Shown here: positions 1-8,198 of the stretch, piece after piece
How the letters are laid out: each line of letters starts with the position of its first letter
Numbering within the stretch: position 1 is the stretch's first letter
Source: Spirochaetaceae bacterium
GTDB lineage: Bacteria > Spirochaetota > Spirochaetia > DSM-27196 > PWMO01
Assembly: GCA_007693485.1 (NCBI GenBank)
Contig: REDM01000165.1
Span: 39,204-103,203 of the forward strand
Reading direction: 5' to 3'
DNA length: 64,000 bases
Made by a program: the position numbers and the translations under genes
The notes under the pieces: generated by a model
The model's database searches: none
What the model was told of the DNA's origin: nothing
What the model saw: only the letters and a program-made list of their open reading frames with translations

Positions 1-1
1 A

Positions 2-970
2 CCCGTTCTGGAAGTAACGGACCTCCGCAAGTACTTTCCCATCCGAACCGGGGTGCTCAGCCGCACCACGGGCCACGTGAAGGCGGTGGACGGCGTCTCG
101 TTTGCCATCCGGTCCGGCGAGACCTTTGCCCTCGTGGGCGAAAGCGGCTGCGGCAAGAGCACCACCGGACGAACCATCCTGCGCCTCACCGGCGCAACCG
201 GTGGTTCGATTCGCTACAACGGCGAAGACGTCCTCGGTGCGTCCGGCGAACGAATGCGGCATCTGCGAAAGGCGATGCAGATTGTCTTTCAGGACCCCTA
301 CAGCGCGCTCAATCCGCGCATGACCGTTGGAGCCGCGATCACCGAGATCCTCAAGGTACACGGCATCGCCACCGGCGTCGAAGCGCGGCAGCGGGTAGAA
401 GAGGTTCTGGTGCGGTGTGGACTCGAGGCCTACCACAGCTGGCGCTACCCCCACGAATTCTCCGGAGGGCAGCGACAGCGGGTGGTGATCGCGCGGGCGC
501 TCGCGCTCGATCCGCAGTTCATCGTTGCCGACGAGCCGATCTCCGCGCTCGACGTCAGCATCCAGAGCCAGATCATCAATCTGCTCGAAGAGCTGCAGGA
601 CAGCCTGCAACTCACCTACCTCTTCATCAGCCACGACCTCAGCGTCGTGCGCCACATGGCCGACCGCGTCGGCGTAATGTACCTGGGCAAGCTGGTAGAG
701 GTCGCCGAGAAGGCGGAGTTCTATCGCGAACCGCTTCACCCCTACAGCCAGGCCCTGCTGTCGGCCATTCCGGTGAGCGATCCCGCCATCAGGAAGAAGC
801 GCATCATCCTCAAAGGTGACGTACCGAGTCCGGCCAATCCGCCCTCGGGCTGTCCTTTCCATACCCGATGCCCGGTGGCGATGGATGTCTGCCGCACGGT
901 CGTACCGGCGCTGAAGCCAACGGCGAGCGGCCGACAGGTAGCCTGCCACAAGGTGCACCCGGTCTCGTGA
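2..970 (+). CDS. Oligopeptide/dipeptide ABC transporter ATP-binding protein (OppF/DppF-like), 5' end outside window
   Basis: Frame of ORF 53..970 stays open to the window edge. Walker [10 protein letters not shown], signature FSGGQRQR, Walker B FIVADEP, and an oligopeptide-type C-terminal tail with CPFHTRCP. Confidence 0.9.
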   Translation, partial: PVLEVTDLRKYFPIRTGVLSRTTGHVKAVDGVSFAIRSGETFALVGESGCGKSTTGRTILRLTGATGGSIRYNGEDVLGASGERMRHLRKAMQIVFQDPYSALNPRMTVGAAITEILKVHGIATGVEARQRVEEVLVRCGLEAYHSWRYPHEFSGGQRQRVVIARALALDPQFIVADEPISALDVSIQSQIINLLEELQDSLQLTYLFISHDLSVVRHMADRVGVMYLGKLVEVAEKAEFYREPLHPYSQALLSAIPVSDPAIRKKRIILKGDVPSPANPPSGCPFHTRCPVAMDVCRTVVPALKPTASGRQVACHKVHPVS

Positions 971-991
971 GCGGTCGGCCCCGTCCCGATC

Positions 992-1020
992 GTTGTGCGC
1001 GTGCCTCCGGTGCGCACAAC
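992..1020 (+). terminator. Perfect 9-bp stem hairpin (gttgtgcgc / gcgcacaac, 11-nt loop) 22 nt after the oppF-like stop; no U-tract
   Basis: Inverted repeat read directly from the sequence. Its position after the last ABC gene suggests a terminator or mRNA-stabilising hairpin. Confidence 0.3.
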
Positions 1021-1165
1021 AGCGACAATCCGCGGTTTGGTGACACCTTCGCCTGGCTCCTCGCGGCCGCCTCGGTGGTCGGGCCTATTCTGCTGATCCT
1101 GATCGCAGCGGTTTCGCTCGCCTACGGACTGATCCACCTCGTCTTTCTGCGGTGATGCGCGCGGC

Positions 1166-1194
1166 TTGACGGCCGCCGGTCCTGCCGGTAGTGT
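1166..1194 (+). promoter_or_regulatory. Candidate sigma70-type promoter for hflKC (TTGACG - 17 nt - TAGTGT)
   Basis: Hexamers and spacing read from the sequence, about 40 nt upstream of the hflK ATG, which has an AAGGAG SD. Confidence 0.3.
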
Positions 1195-1235
1195 GAAGGT
1201 ATCATTCTTTCCTTCTCACTGAACAAGGAGTATCC

Positions 1236-2276
1236 ATGGCGGAGCGTACTGTAAGCCCTCCGAATCTTCCCTTCAAGATCAACCCAGGTCTGATTGCCAC
1301 GGTGTTGGTGATTGTGGTTCTGGTGGGCGTTGTCACAAGCAGTTTTTTTATGGTGGACCAGACCGAAGAAGCGGTTGTAGTCACCCTTGGCCGGTACTCC
1401 CGCACCGTACCTCCCGGGCTGCATTTCAAGCTGCCCTTCGGCATCCAGCGCAACTATAACGTCCCGACGCAGGTGGTGCAGACGCAGTCGTTTGGTTTTC
1501 GCACCGAAGCGATGGGGATCACCACGCGGTACGCGGAGCAGACCTTTCCGGAAGAGTCGATCATGCTCACCGGAGACCTCAACATCGTGGACGTGGAGTG
1601 GATCATCCAGTACCGCATCACCGATCCCCGGGCATGGCTCTTCAACGTCGAAGCTGACCCGGGTGGTCTCGGCATCACCGCCCGACCGGGAAACGACCAG
1701 CGCTCCGCGGATAATCGCGTCAAGACCATCCGCGATGTCTCACAGTCAGTGATCAGTCTGCTGGTGGGTGACCGCGCGATCATCGACGTCCTGGGTAACG
1801 AGCGCGGCAATATCGAGTTTCTGGGCCAGGAAATGATGAACAATATCCTCGGCGCCTTTGACATGGGGGTGAACATCACCCAGGTGCGACTGCAGAACAT
1901 CGTTCCGCCGGTTGGCCGCGTGCAGGACGCCTTCGAGGACGTCAACCGCGCGGTACAGGACCGAAACCGCCTGATCAACGAGGGCCGGCAGCAGTACAAC
2001 GCGGAGATCCCCCGCGCCCGCGGTCAGGCGCAGCAGATCCTGCAGCAGGCAGAAGGCTACGCGGCGCAGCGTGTCAACCGCGCTCGCGGTGAGACGGCGC
2101 GATTCCTCTCGGTGCTCGCCGAATACCGGCTGGACCAGAATACCACGCGCACCCGTCTCTATTATGAAATGATGGAAGACATCTTCTCCGGTGACGACGA
2201 TATCGAGCTGATCGATCGCGGACTGCAAAACTTTATTCCGCTGATGAACCTTCAGCGCGAAGGGGGGACCCGATGA
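1236..2276 (+). CDS. hflK: SPFH/band-7 protease modulator HflK
   Basis: N-terminal TM helix followed by an SPFH domain (VDQTEEAVVVTLGRY...GLHFKLPF). AAGGAG SD. ATGA overlap with the next gene. Confidence 0.9.
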   Translation: MAERTVSPPNLPFKINPGLIATVLVIVVLVGVVTSSFFMVDQTEEAVVVTLGRYSRTVPPGLHFKLPFGIQRNYNVPTQVVQTQSFGFRTEAMGITTRYAEQTFPEESIMLTGDLNIVDVEWIIQYRITDPRAWLFNVEADPGGLGITARPGNDQRSADNRVKTIRDVSQSVISLLVGDRAIIDVLGNERGNIEFLGQEMMNNILGAFDMGVNITQVRLQNIVPPVGRVQDAFEDVNRAVQDRNRLINEGRQQYNAEIPRARGQAQQILQQAEGYAAQRVNRARGETARFLSVLAEYRLDQNTTRTRLYYEMMEDIFSGDDDIELIDRGLQNFIPLMNLQREGGTR

Positions 2277-3274
2277 AGCCCAAAAAACTGGTCAGTGCCC
2301 TGGTGGTCCTTGCCGTTGTCGTAATTGTGTTCTTTATGCTGGGGCCACTCTACATCGTCAACGAAGGCGAGCAGGCCGTGGTGATTCGCTTTGGCGAGAT
2401 TGTGGGTGTGACCACCGAGGCCGGGCTGCACTTCAAGACTCCCGTGCTGGACAACGTGGTCCGGTACCCGCAGCGGATACTCGCGTGGGACGGAGAAGCG
2501 CAGCGCATCCCGACCGCCGAGCAGCAGTTCATCTGGGTTGATACCACCGCTCGCTGGCGCATCATCGATCCCGCACGGTTCTACGCCTCGGTGACCACCG
2601 TTCAGAGTGCCTACGGACGCCTCGACGAACTCATCGACAGCACCGTACGAAACGTCATTACCGCCAACCGGCTCTCCGAAGCGGTGCGGAACTCCAACGT
2701 CATCAACGAGATCGTGCGCGATCCCGCCGGTGCCCTCACGGACGCCGAACTCGAGGACGCAGACGGCACCGAAGAACTGCAGCGACTGCTGGAAGTCGAC
2801 GTGCGACAACCCTCCATCAGCCGAGGCCGACAGACGCTGGCCGACCAGATGCTGCGCGAGAGTCGACCGAGCATGGGACAGTTTGGCATCGAACTGATTG
2901 ACGTAGTCGTCCGCCAGATTCGTTACTCGGAAGACCTCACCGAAAGCGTCTACGACCGAATGGTCAGCGAGCGAAACCGTGAAGCGCAAGCACTGCGCTC
3001 CGACGGTGAAGGACAGCGGCTGCGGATTCTGGGGCAACTGGAGAACGAGCGGGCTCGCATCATCTCCGGTGCCGAGGAACAGGCGGACCGCGTCCGCGGT
3101 ACGGCCGACGCCGAAGCGGCACGAATCTACTCCACCGCCTACCTGCAGGACCCGAACTTCTTCGCGTTCTATCGCAGCGTGCAGTCCTACCGCGAGACCA
3201 TGCCACGGTTCCGCAAAACCCTGACCACCGACATGGACTACTTCCGCTTCCTCTACAGCGAAACCGGAAACTGA
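2273..3274 (+). CDS. hflC: SPFH/band-7 protease modulator HflC
   Basis: TM helix plus SPFH domain (YIVNEGEQAVVIRFGE...GLHFKTP). Translationally coupled to hflK. Confidence 0.9.
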   Translation: MKPKKLVSALVVLAVVVIVFFMLGPLYIVNEGEQAVVIRFGEIVGVTTEAGLHFKTPVLDNVVRYPQRILAWDGEAQRIPTAEQQFIWVDTTARWRIIDPARFYASVTTVQSAYGRLDELIDSTVRNVITANRLSEAVRNSNVINEIVRDPAGALTDAELEDADGTEELQRLLEVDVRQPSISRGRQTLADQMLRESRPSMGQFGIELIDVVVRQIRYSEDLTESVYDRMVSERNREAQALRSDGEGQRLRILGQLENERARIISGAEEQADRVRGTADAEAARIYSTAYLQDPNFFAFYRSVQSYRETMPRFRKTLTTDMDYFRFLYSETGN

Positions 3275-3282
3275 TTCATACC

Positions 3283-4953
3283 CTACCCTGCCGCCCGTCG
3301 GGCGGCAAGGGCTTTCAATTCTCGAACCGTGCCGAGGGCCGTTACGCCCTCGGACGCTTGAGGGCCGTCATTGTACCGTGCCGCAAGGTCGCTTGCCCGG
3401 CTACACACCTCTTCAAATTGGGTACGGTACTTCCGGTGCGCAAGTTTTCGAAGCGATTGAAACAGCTCTCGCCACGCACGACTGCGGAGAGCACCGGTCA
3501 ACGATTCCCCTTCGAGCAACTCGAGCAATACCTCCGCCTCCCGCCCGTGATTTCCGCAGAGTAATCCCTGGATGGTAGCCTGATGTCGCTGCAGCTCCTC
3601 CAAGGAGCACGCCTGGACCGCCTCACCATCGATCGCCTCAACCCGGTAGAGCGGATCGACCCGGAGGAACGGCGGAAGCGCAGCGATGTGGGCCGGATCG
3701 ACTCTGCGTCCGCAAAGCGTCTCCAAGCTCCGAACCAGCAGAGCGTGACGCGGTGAGACGGCGCCGTGACCGAGACCACGGGAACGCTGAATCAGCAGGG
3801 CAAACTCGTGGCTCTGGTCGCTGCGGTTGAGACTCTGCCTGCCACCACGATAACTCGCGTAGCCGGTACTCTCAAGGGTGACCGCACCCTGTTCCGAACA
3901 GAGATCGAGCAGCGCTTCCATGGGAATCGCACCGCGCTCGTTGTAGCTCAGCACAATCCGGTCGGCATCTATGGCATCGAGAAGCTGTGCCAGCGCTTCC
4001 GGCGCTTTGCGACTCGAGCAGAAATCCGATCGCGTTCGGGTCCAGTCGGGGCGGATACCCGCCTTGGCGCGCAGGCTCCCGTCGGACCGGCGCCCGTCGT
4101 CCACCGGCGGGCGATCCCAGAGCGCAATCGTATTGAGCATGAAGTAGTTGCTGCCGTATTGATGCTGGTTGTAGGGCGGATCGAGGTAGACCAGATCTGC
4201 AGGGCGGTGGGTACAGCAGATGAGGGCGTCCTCTTCACCGGCGCTGCACGGCCGGGTCCCGTCGATGAGCACCGGTACCTCCAGCTGCATCGGCGCGAGA
4301 ATGCGCCCGAGCGCGTCTCTGCTGTGACCGCCGAACCCCTTGTGGTAGGCCTTGAACACGCCCGAGGTATTGACGTGGGTCGCCGCCTCGTAGAGCAACA
4401 GCGCGATGAGCAGCGCGCGCTGGTCTTCTCGATCGCGATCACCGGGGATCGGCGGGTAGCGTCGTTCGATCTCTCCGCGCACCCGGTCGATGAAGAGCGC
4501 GTTCTCCTGGGTGTAGAAGAGTCGCTCCGTTCGGTAGTCGGCGGTTTCGGTACTGCGCGGTGCGTACCAGCGGCTTACGTATCGCTCCACCGGTTCTCCG
4601 TCGAGTTGGTTCAGCGCATCGACCACGCCGGCAATCCCGCCGTCACCGGCAAACAGTCGCCGGGCGCGATCCGCATCAATGGTAATGTAGGCGCGGCTGA
4701 TCAGTGCAGCGTAGTGTTCCCAGTCGTTTGCATGCACCGCACAGCCCAAAAACCGCAGGAGTCGTGCAACGGAGCCGCTGCCGGCAAAGGGATCGACCGC
4801 GGACCGGATGGGACGGTCGACATCAAGGCGGCCAAACAGTTCGAACAGGAATCGCAGCAGTCGCCGCTTGTTGCCGATGTAGGCGATCAGTTGCGAGCGC
4901 AGGTAGGGGTGGTCGAGAGTACCGGTATCCGGTGTATCTTGAAGAAGACCCAT
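3283..4953 (-). CDS. D12-class (Dam-like, alpha-type) N6-adenine DNA methyltransferase with an uncharacterised C-terminal extension of about 170 aa
   Basis: Motif I DPFAGSGS lies near the N-terminus and motif IV YLDPPYNQHQY about 200 aa later (order FxGxG...DPPY). No adjacent endonuclease-like ORF. Confidence 0.85.
   Translation of the reverse strand: MGLLQDTPDTGTLDHPYLRSQLIAYIGNKRRLLRFLFELFGRLDVDRPIRSAVDPFAGSGSVARLLRFLGCAVHANDWEHYAALISRAYITIDADRARRLFAGDGGIAGVVDALNQLDGEPVERYVSRWYAPRSTETADYRTERLFYTQENALFIDRVRGEIERRYPPIPGDRDREDQRALLIALLLYEAATHVNTSGVFKAYHKGFGGHSRDALGRILAPMQLEVPVLIDGTRPCSAGEEDALICCTHRPADLVYLDPPYNQHQYGSNYFMLNTIALWDRPPVDDGRRSDGSLRAKAGIRPDWTRTRSDFCSSRKAPEALAQLLDAIDADRIVLSYNERGAIPMEALLDLCSEQGAVTLESTGYASYRGGRQSLNRSDQSHEFALLIQRSRGLGHGAVSPRHALLVRSLETLCGRRVDPAHIAALPPFLRVDPLYRVEAIDGEAVQACSLEELQRHQATIQGLLCGNHGREAEVLLELLEGESLTGALRSRAWRELFQSLRKLAHRKYRTQFEEVCSRASDLAARYNDGPQASEGVTALGTVRELKALAARRAAG
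3289..3307. terminator. 8-bp GC hairpin (tgccgccc gtc gggcggca) between/within the convergent 3' ends of hflC and the methyltransferase gene
   Basis: Perfect inverted repeat read from the sequence. The convergent stops are only 8 nt apart, so this may act as a bidirectional terminator. Confidence 0.3.
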
Positions 4954-4973
4954 GGTGTTGCTACTATCACGCC

Positions 4974-6542
4974 ATGCCCGAATTCGCCCTGCGAGAGCTT
5001 ACCGAAGCGATCGACCCGATCGCGGTCATGGGCACTCAAGACCCGGCGGTCACCGCCATCTCCTACGATTCCCGGTCGGTGTCTTCCGGCTCGCTCTTCT
5101 TTGCGATCCCCGGGGCACATACCGACGGCCACCGATACATCGATGACGCCGTCAGCCGTGGCGCGAGTGCGATTATACACGCTTCCCCACTCGATCACTA
5201 CCCGCCGGAAACCCCCTGCGTCCAGGTGGCGGACAGCCGTGTGGCGCTCGCGCAGGTCGCGCACCGATTCTTCGGACGGCCCAGCGACCATCTGGTTCTG
5301 ATCGGGGTAACCGGGACCGACGGCAAGAGCTCGACCGTCTACTACCTCTACCAGCTGCTTCGAAGCTGCGGGATCGCAGCCGGGTTCTTCTCAACAGTCG
5401 CGATGGACGTCGGCGACGGACTGGAAAAAAACCGGCTGCGGCAGTCCACGCCCGAGAGCCCCGAAATTCACGCAGCCCTCGCACGGATGGTTGCGGCGGG
5501 ATTCACCCACGCGGTAATCGAGACGACGTCCCACGGTCTTTCCCCCCGTACCGCCCGTCTGCACGGGCTTCGCTTTGAGGCGGCGGCCTTCACCAACCTC
5601 TCCCACGAACACCTGGAGTTTCACGGAACCTTCGAGCAGTACCGCGACGACAAGATGAACCTCTTTCGCGCCCTCTGCGACAACGACTCCAGCTTTGGGG
5701 TGGTCAACGCGGCCGACCCGAACAGCCGCTGGTTTTCCGAGGTTACCTCCCGACCGGTACTCTCCTTTGCGCGAACCGACGGCGATGCACCGGTTGCCGG
5801 CACCGCGGGCACCGCCGGCACGACCGCCGCCGCGCTGATTGCGACCGACTGCCGCTATCACGCCGACGCAACCGAATGCCGGCTGGTGCCCGACGGGGGG
5901 CAGCCGCTTGCGGTGCGCATTCCGGTTCCCGCACCGTTCAACGTCGAAAACGTATTGGCCGCAGTTCTTGTGGTATCCCGCTTGGTGAAGCGCCCACCGA
6001 GCGACCTGATCGCCGCGATCGAGGCCCTTCAGCCGGTTGTCGGTCGCATGGCACCGGTTCGCGGATCCCAGCCGTTTACCGTGCTCGTGGACTACGCGCA
6101 CAGCCCGGGGTCGTTCGAGAAGGTGTTTCCCATGTTCCGGGCCAATACACCGGGCAGGCTCATTGCCGTATTTGGTTCGGCCGGCGAACGCGATGTCCTG
6201 AAGCGCCCGATTCAGGGTGGTATCGCCGCGCGCTACGCGGATGTTCTGGTCCTGACCGACGAAGACCCACGGGGGGAAGACTCGATGACAATTCTTGAGC
6301 AGATTGCCGCAGGAGCGATGGCGGAAAACCCATCGCTGGTGCACGACCAGACGATGCTGTTGATCCCCGACCGCACCGAGGCGATCGCCGCGGCCGTGTC
6401 ACTGGCACGCGAGGGCGATACCGTTGTAATGCTGGGCAAGGGCCACGAGGGAAACATCATCTATCGGGAGCACGCGATCGAGTGGGACGAACAAGCGGTG
6501 GCGGAACAGCAACTGGTCAGATGCGGGTACCGTATCTCATGA
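4974..6542 (+). CDS. murE: UDP-N-acetylmuramoyl-L-alanyl-D-glutamate--diamino acid ligase (MurE)
   Basis: Mur ligase pattern: N-terminal SRSVSSGSLFFAIPGAHTDGHRY, P-loop GVTGTDGKSST, and a C-terminal domain with DYAHSP...GSAGERD. Start chosen at MPEFALREL; the longer ORF from 4704 overlaps the opposite gene. Confidence 0.9.
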   Translation: MPEFALRELTEAIDPIAVMGTQDPAVTAISYDSRSVSSGSLFFAIPGAHTDGHRYIDDAVSRGASAIIHASPLDHYPPETPCVQVADSRVALAQVAHRFFGRPSDHLVLIGVTGTDGKSSTVYYLYQLLRSCGIAAGFFSTVAMDVGDGLEKNRLRQSTPESPEIHAALARMVAAGFTHAVIETTSHGLSPRTARLHGLRFEAAAFTNLSHEHLEFHGTFEQYRDDKMNLFRALCDNDSSFGVVNAADPNSRWFSEVTSRPVLSFARTDGDAPVAGTAGTAGTTAAALIATDCRYHADATECRLVPDGGQPLAVRIPVPAPFNVENVLAAVLVVSRLVKRPPSDLIAAIEALQPVVGRMAPVRGSQPFTVLVDYAHSPGSFEKVFPMFRANTPGRLIAVFGSAGERDVLKRPIQGGIAARYADVLVLTDEDPRGEDSMTILEQIAAGAMAENPSLVHDQTMLLIPDRTEAIAAAVSLAREGDTVVMLGKGHEGNIIYREHAIEWDEQAVAEQQLVRCGYRIS

Positions 6543-7639
6543 TCGGTGTAGCGGTTCTCTTCGGCGGACGCTCGGGTGAGCATGAAGTCTCGATTCAGTC
6601 CGCGTCCTCGGTTGTTCGAAACCTCGATAAGACCCGGTATCGGATCGTACTCATCGGCATCGGCAAGGATGGGCGCTGGTTTCTGCAACCACCGGGCATG
6701 ATCGAAACCGTGTGCGACAGCGACACCGCGCTATCGATTGAGGAGGACCCAACCCGGATGATCGATCTGCGTCCTGGTGGGGGACTATTCCTCGGCGGAG
6801 AGCGGATAGCGATCGACGTGGTATTTCCGGTGCTTCACGGCAGCTTTGGTGAAGACGGAACCGTTCAGGGCGCGCTGGACATCGCCGGGCTGCCCTACGT
6901 GGGATCCGGTGTACTCGGAAGCGCTGCCGGTATGGACAAGGACGCCGCGAAGCGTCTGTGGAGCGCATCCGGGATTCCGGTAGTGCCGTCGATGACGGTC
7001 CATCGACGAGCGGCAATCGACGAGGCCGCCGTGTCGCGGCTCTTCGCAGAAGCGCGTGACCGGTGGGGTACCCCGATCTTCGTCAAACCCGCGCGGGCCG
7101 GTTCGTCGGTTGGAGTTGCCCGCGTCGAACACCCCGAAGAGTTTCGCGCTGCACTCCTTGACGCCTTTCGCTTTGACACCAAGCTCCTCCTGGAGCCTGC
7201 CATCGACGGGCAGGAAATCGAAGTATCGGTGGTTGGGAATGCACACGCCCACGCATACCCGCCGGGCGAAGTTATTCCCACGCACCAGTTCTACGACTAC
7301 GACGCGAAGTACCGCGATCCCAACGGAGCGGCGTTGCAGATTCCGGCACGTCTGTCGGAGAGCGAAGCCGACGCCATCAGCCGATATGCGGCAGCGGCTC
7401 ATGAGTCGGTGGGTGCGGAGGGCATGTCTCGGGTGGATTTCTTCATCTCCCGCACAGACCGGAAGATCTACGTCAACGAGATCAACACCATCCCCGGTTT
7501 TACGCGAATCAGCATGTTTCCCCGCATGTGCGCCGCTGCAGGGCTATCCTACCCTGAACTGTTGAGCACCCTTATTGACCTGGCACTCGACCGCGCGCAG
7601 GAGCAGGGCGGATTGGTTTTCGATTACCAGTGTTCGTAG
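6539..7639 (+). CDS. ddl: D-alanine--D-alanine ligase
   Basis: MIGVAVLFGGRSGEHEVS N-terminus, ATP-grasp core, EINTIPGFT motif. ATGA overlap with the murE stop. Confidence 0.9.
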   Translation: MIGVAVLFGGRSGEHEVSIQSASSVVRNLDKTRYRIVLIGIGKDGRWFLQPPGMIETVCDSDTALSIEEDPTRMIDLRPGGGLFLGGERIAIDVVFPVLHGSFGEDGTVQGALDIAGLPYVGSGVLGSAAGMDKDAAKRLWSASGIPVVPSMTVHRRAAIDEAAVSRLFAEARDRWGTPIFVKPARAGSSVGVARVEHPEEFRAALLDAFRFDTKLLLEPAIDGQEIEVSVVGNAHAHAYPPGEVIPTHQFYDYDAKYRDPNGAALQIPARLSESEADAISRYAAAAHESVGAEGMSRVDFFISRTDRKIYVNEINTIPGFTRISMFPRMCAAAGLSYPELLSTLIDLALDRAQEQGGLVFDYQCS

Positions 7640-8133
7640 GCGACGATCCGGCTCAGGGGGAAACGGCGCGCCCGATCGAGGGTTTCATCGGGATGCCCGA
7701 TTGCCAGCAGCATCACGACGCGCATGGAGTGCGGAACCGAGAGCAGGGCCTTCACCTCTGCCTCATCAAAGGTGGTGACTGCGCAACTGCCGAGACCTTC
7801 GTGGGTCGCTTGGAGCATCATGAAGGCGCCGGCAATACCGAGATCAACCGGATAGGAGTATTGCCCGTTGGGCATCTTGTAATCGATGTTGGTTGTGCAG
7901 ATGGTAATGAGGAGCGGGGCCTGACCGATGTACTCCTGACCGAAGCACGCCGACTCCATCTTCTTGCGAAGTTCCGGTTCGCGAATAACGATAAACCGCC
8001 ACGCCTGCCGGTTTTTCGCCGACGGGGCCAACCGCCCGGCTTCGAGAATGCGGTCGATCTGCTGCTTTTGCACAGGAGTATCCGTGAATTTGCGTATACT
8101 GATCCGCTTCTGGATTTCCGGCAGTAATTCCAA
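7624..8133 (-). CDS. Nitroreductase family protein
   Basis: RISIRKFT...APSAKNRQAWRF nitroreductase signature. Start moved to TTG at 8133, which has a GGGAGG SD 5 nt upstream; the longer ORF to 8238 would overlap the divergent gene. Confidence 0.8.
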   Translation of the reverse strand: MELLPEIQKRISIRKFTDTPVQKQQIDRILEAGRLAPSAKNRQAWRFIVIREPELRKKMESACFGQEYIGQAPLLITICTTNIDYKMPNGQYSYPVDLGIAGAFMMLQATHEGLGSCAVTTFDEAEVKALLSVPHSMRVVMLLAIGHPDETLDRARRFPLSRIVAYEHW

Positions 8134-8198
8134 TCGAACCTCCCGGGAACGGCAATTGCCTTGACGAAGGAAGACCCTTCTCCTATGCTGGCACACGA

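Noticed and set aside
868-1155. ORF whose C-terminal 31 residues (FAWLLAAASVVGPILLILIAAVSLAYGLIHLVFLR) look like a TM peptide in the oppF-hflK gap
   Set aside because: There is no ATG, GTG or TTG in frame after the oppF stop. The only start lies inside oppF in another frame, and there is no SD. Most likely chance hydrophobicity in GC-rich sequence.
3766-5301. 511-aa ORF on the plus strand
   Set aside because: Antisense to the methyltransferase gene, which carries unambiguous FxGxG and DPPY motifs, and out of frame with murE. Shadow ORF.
5798-5824. Three tandem 9-nt units (ggcaccgcg ggcaccgcc ggcacgacc) encoding AGTAGTAGT inside murE
   Set aside because: Short, in-frame, low-complexity insertion in a surface loop region. 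It is too short to call a functional repeat or contingency locus without population data.
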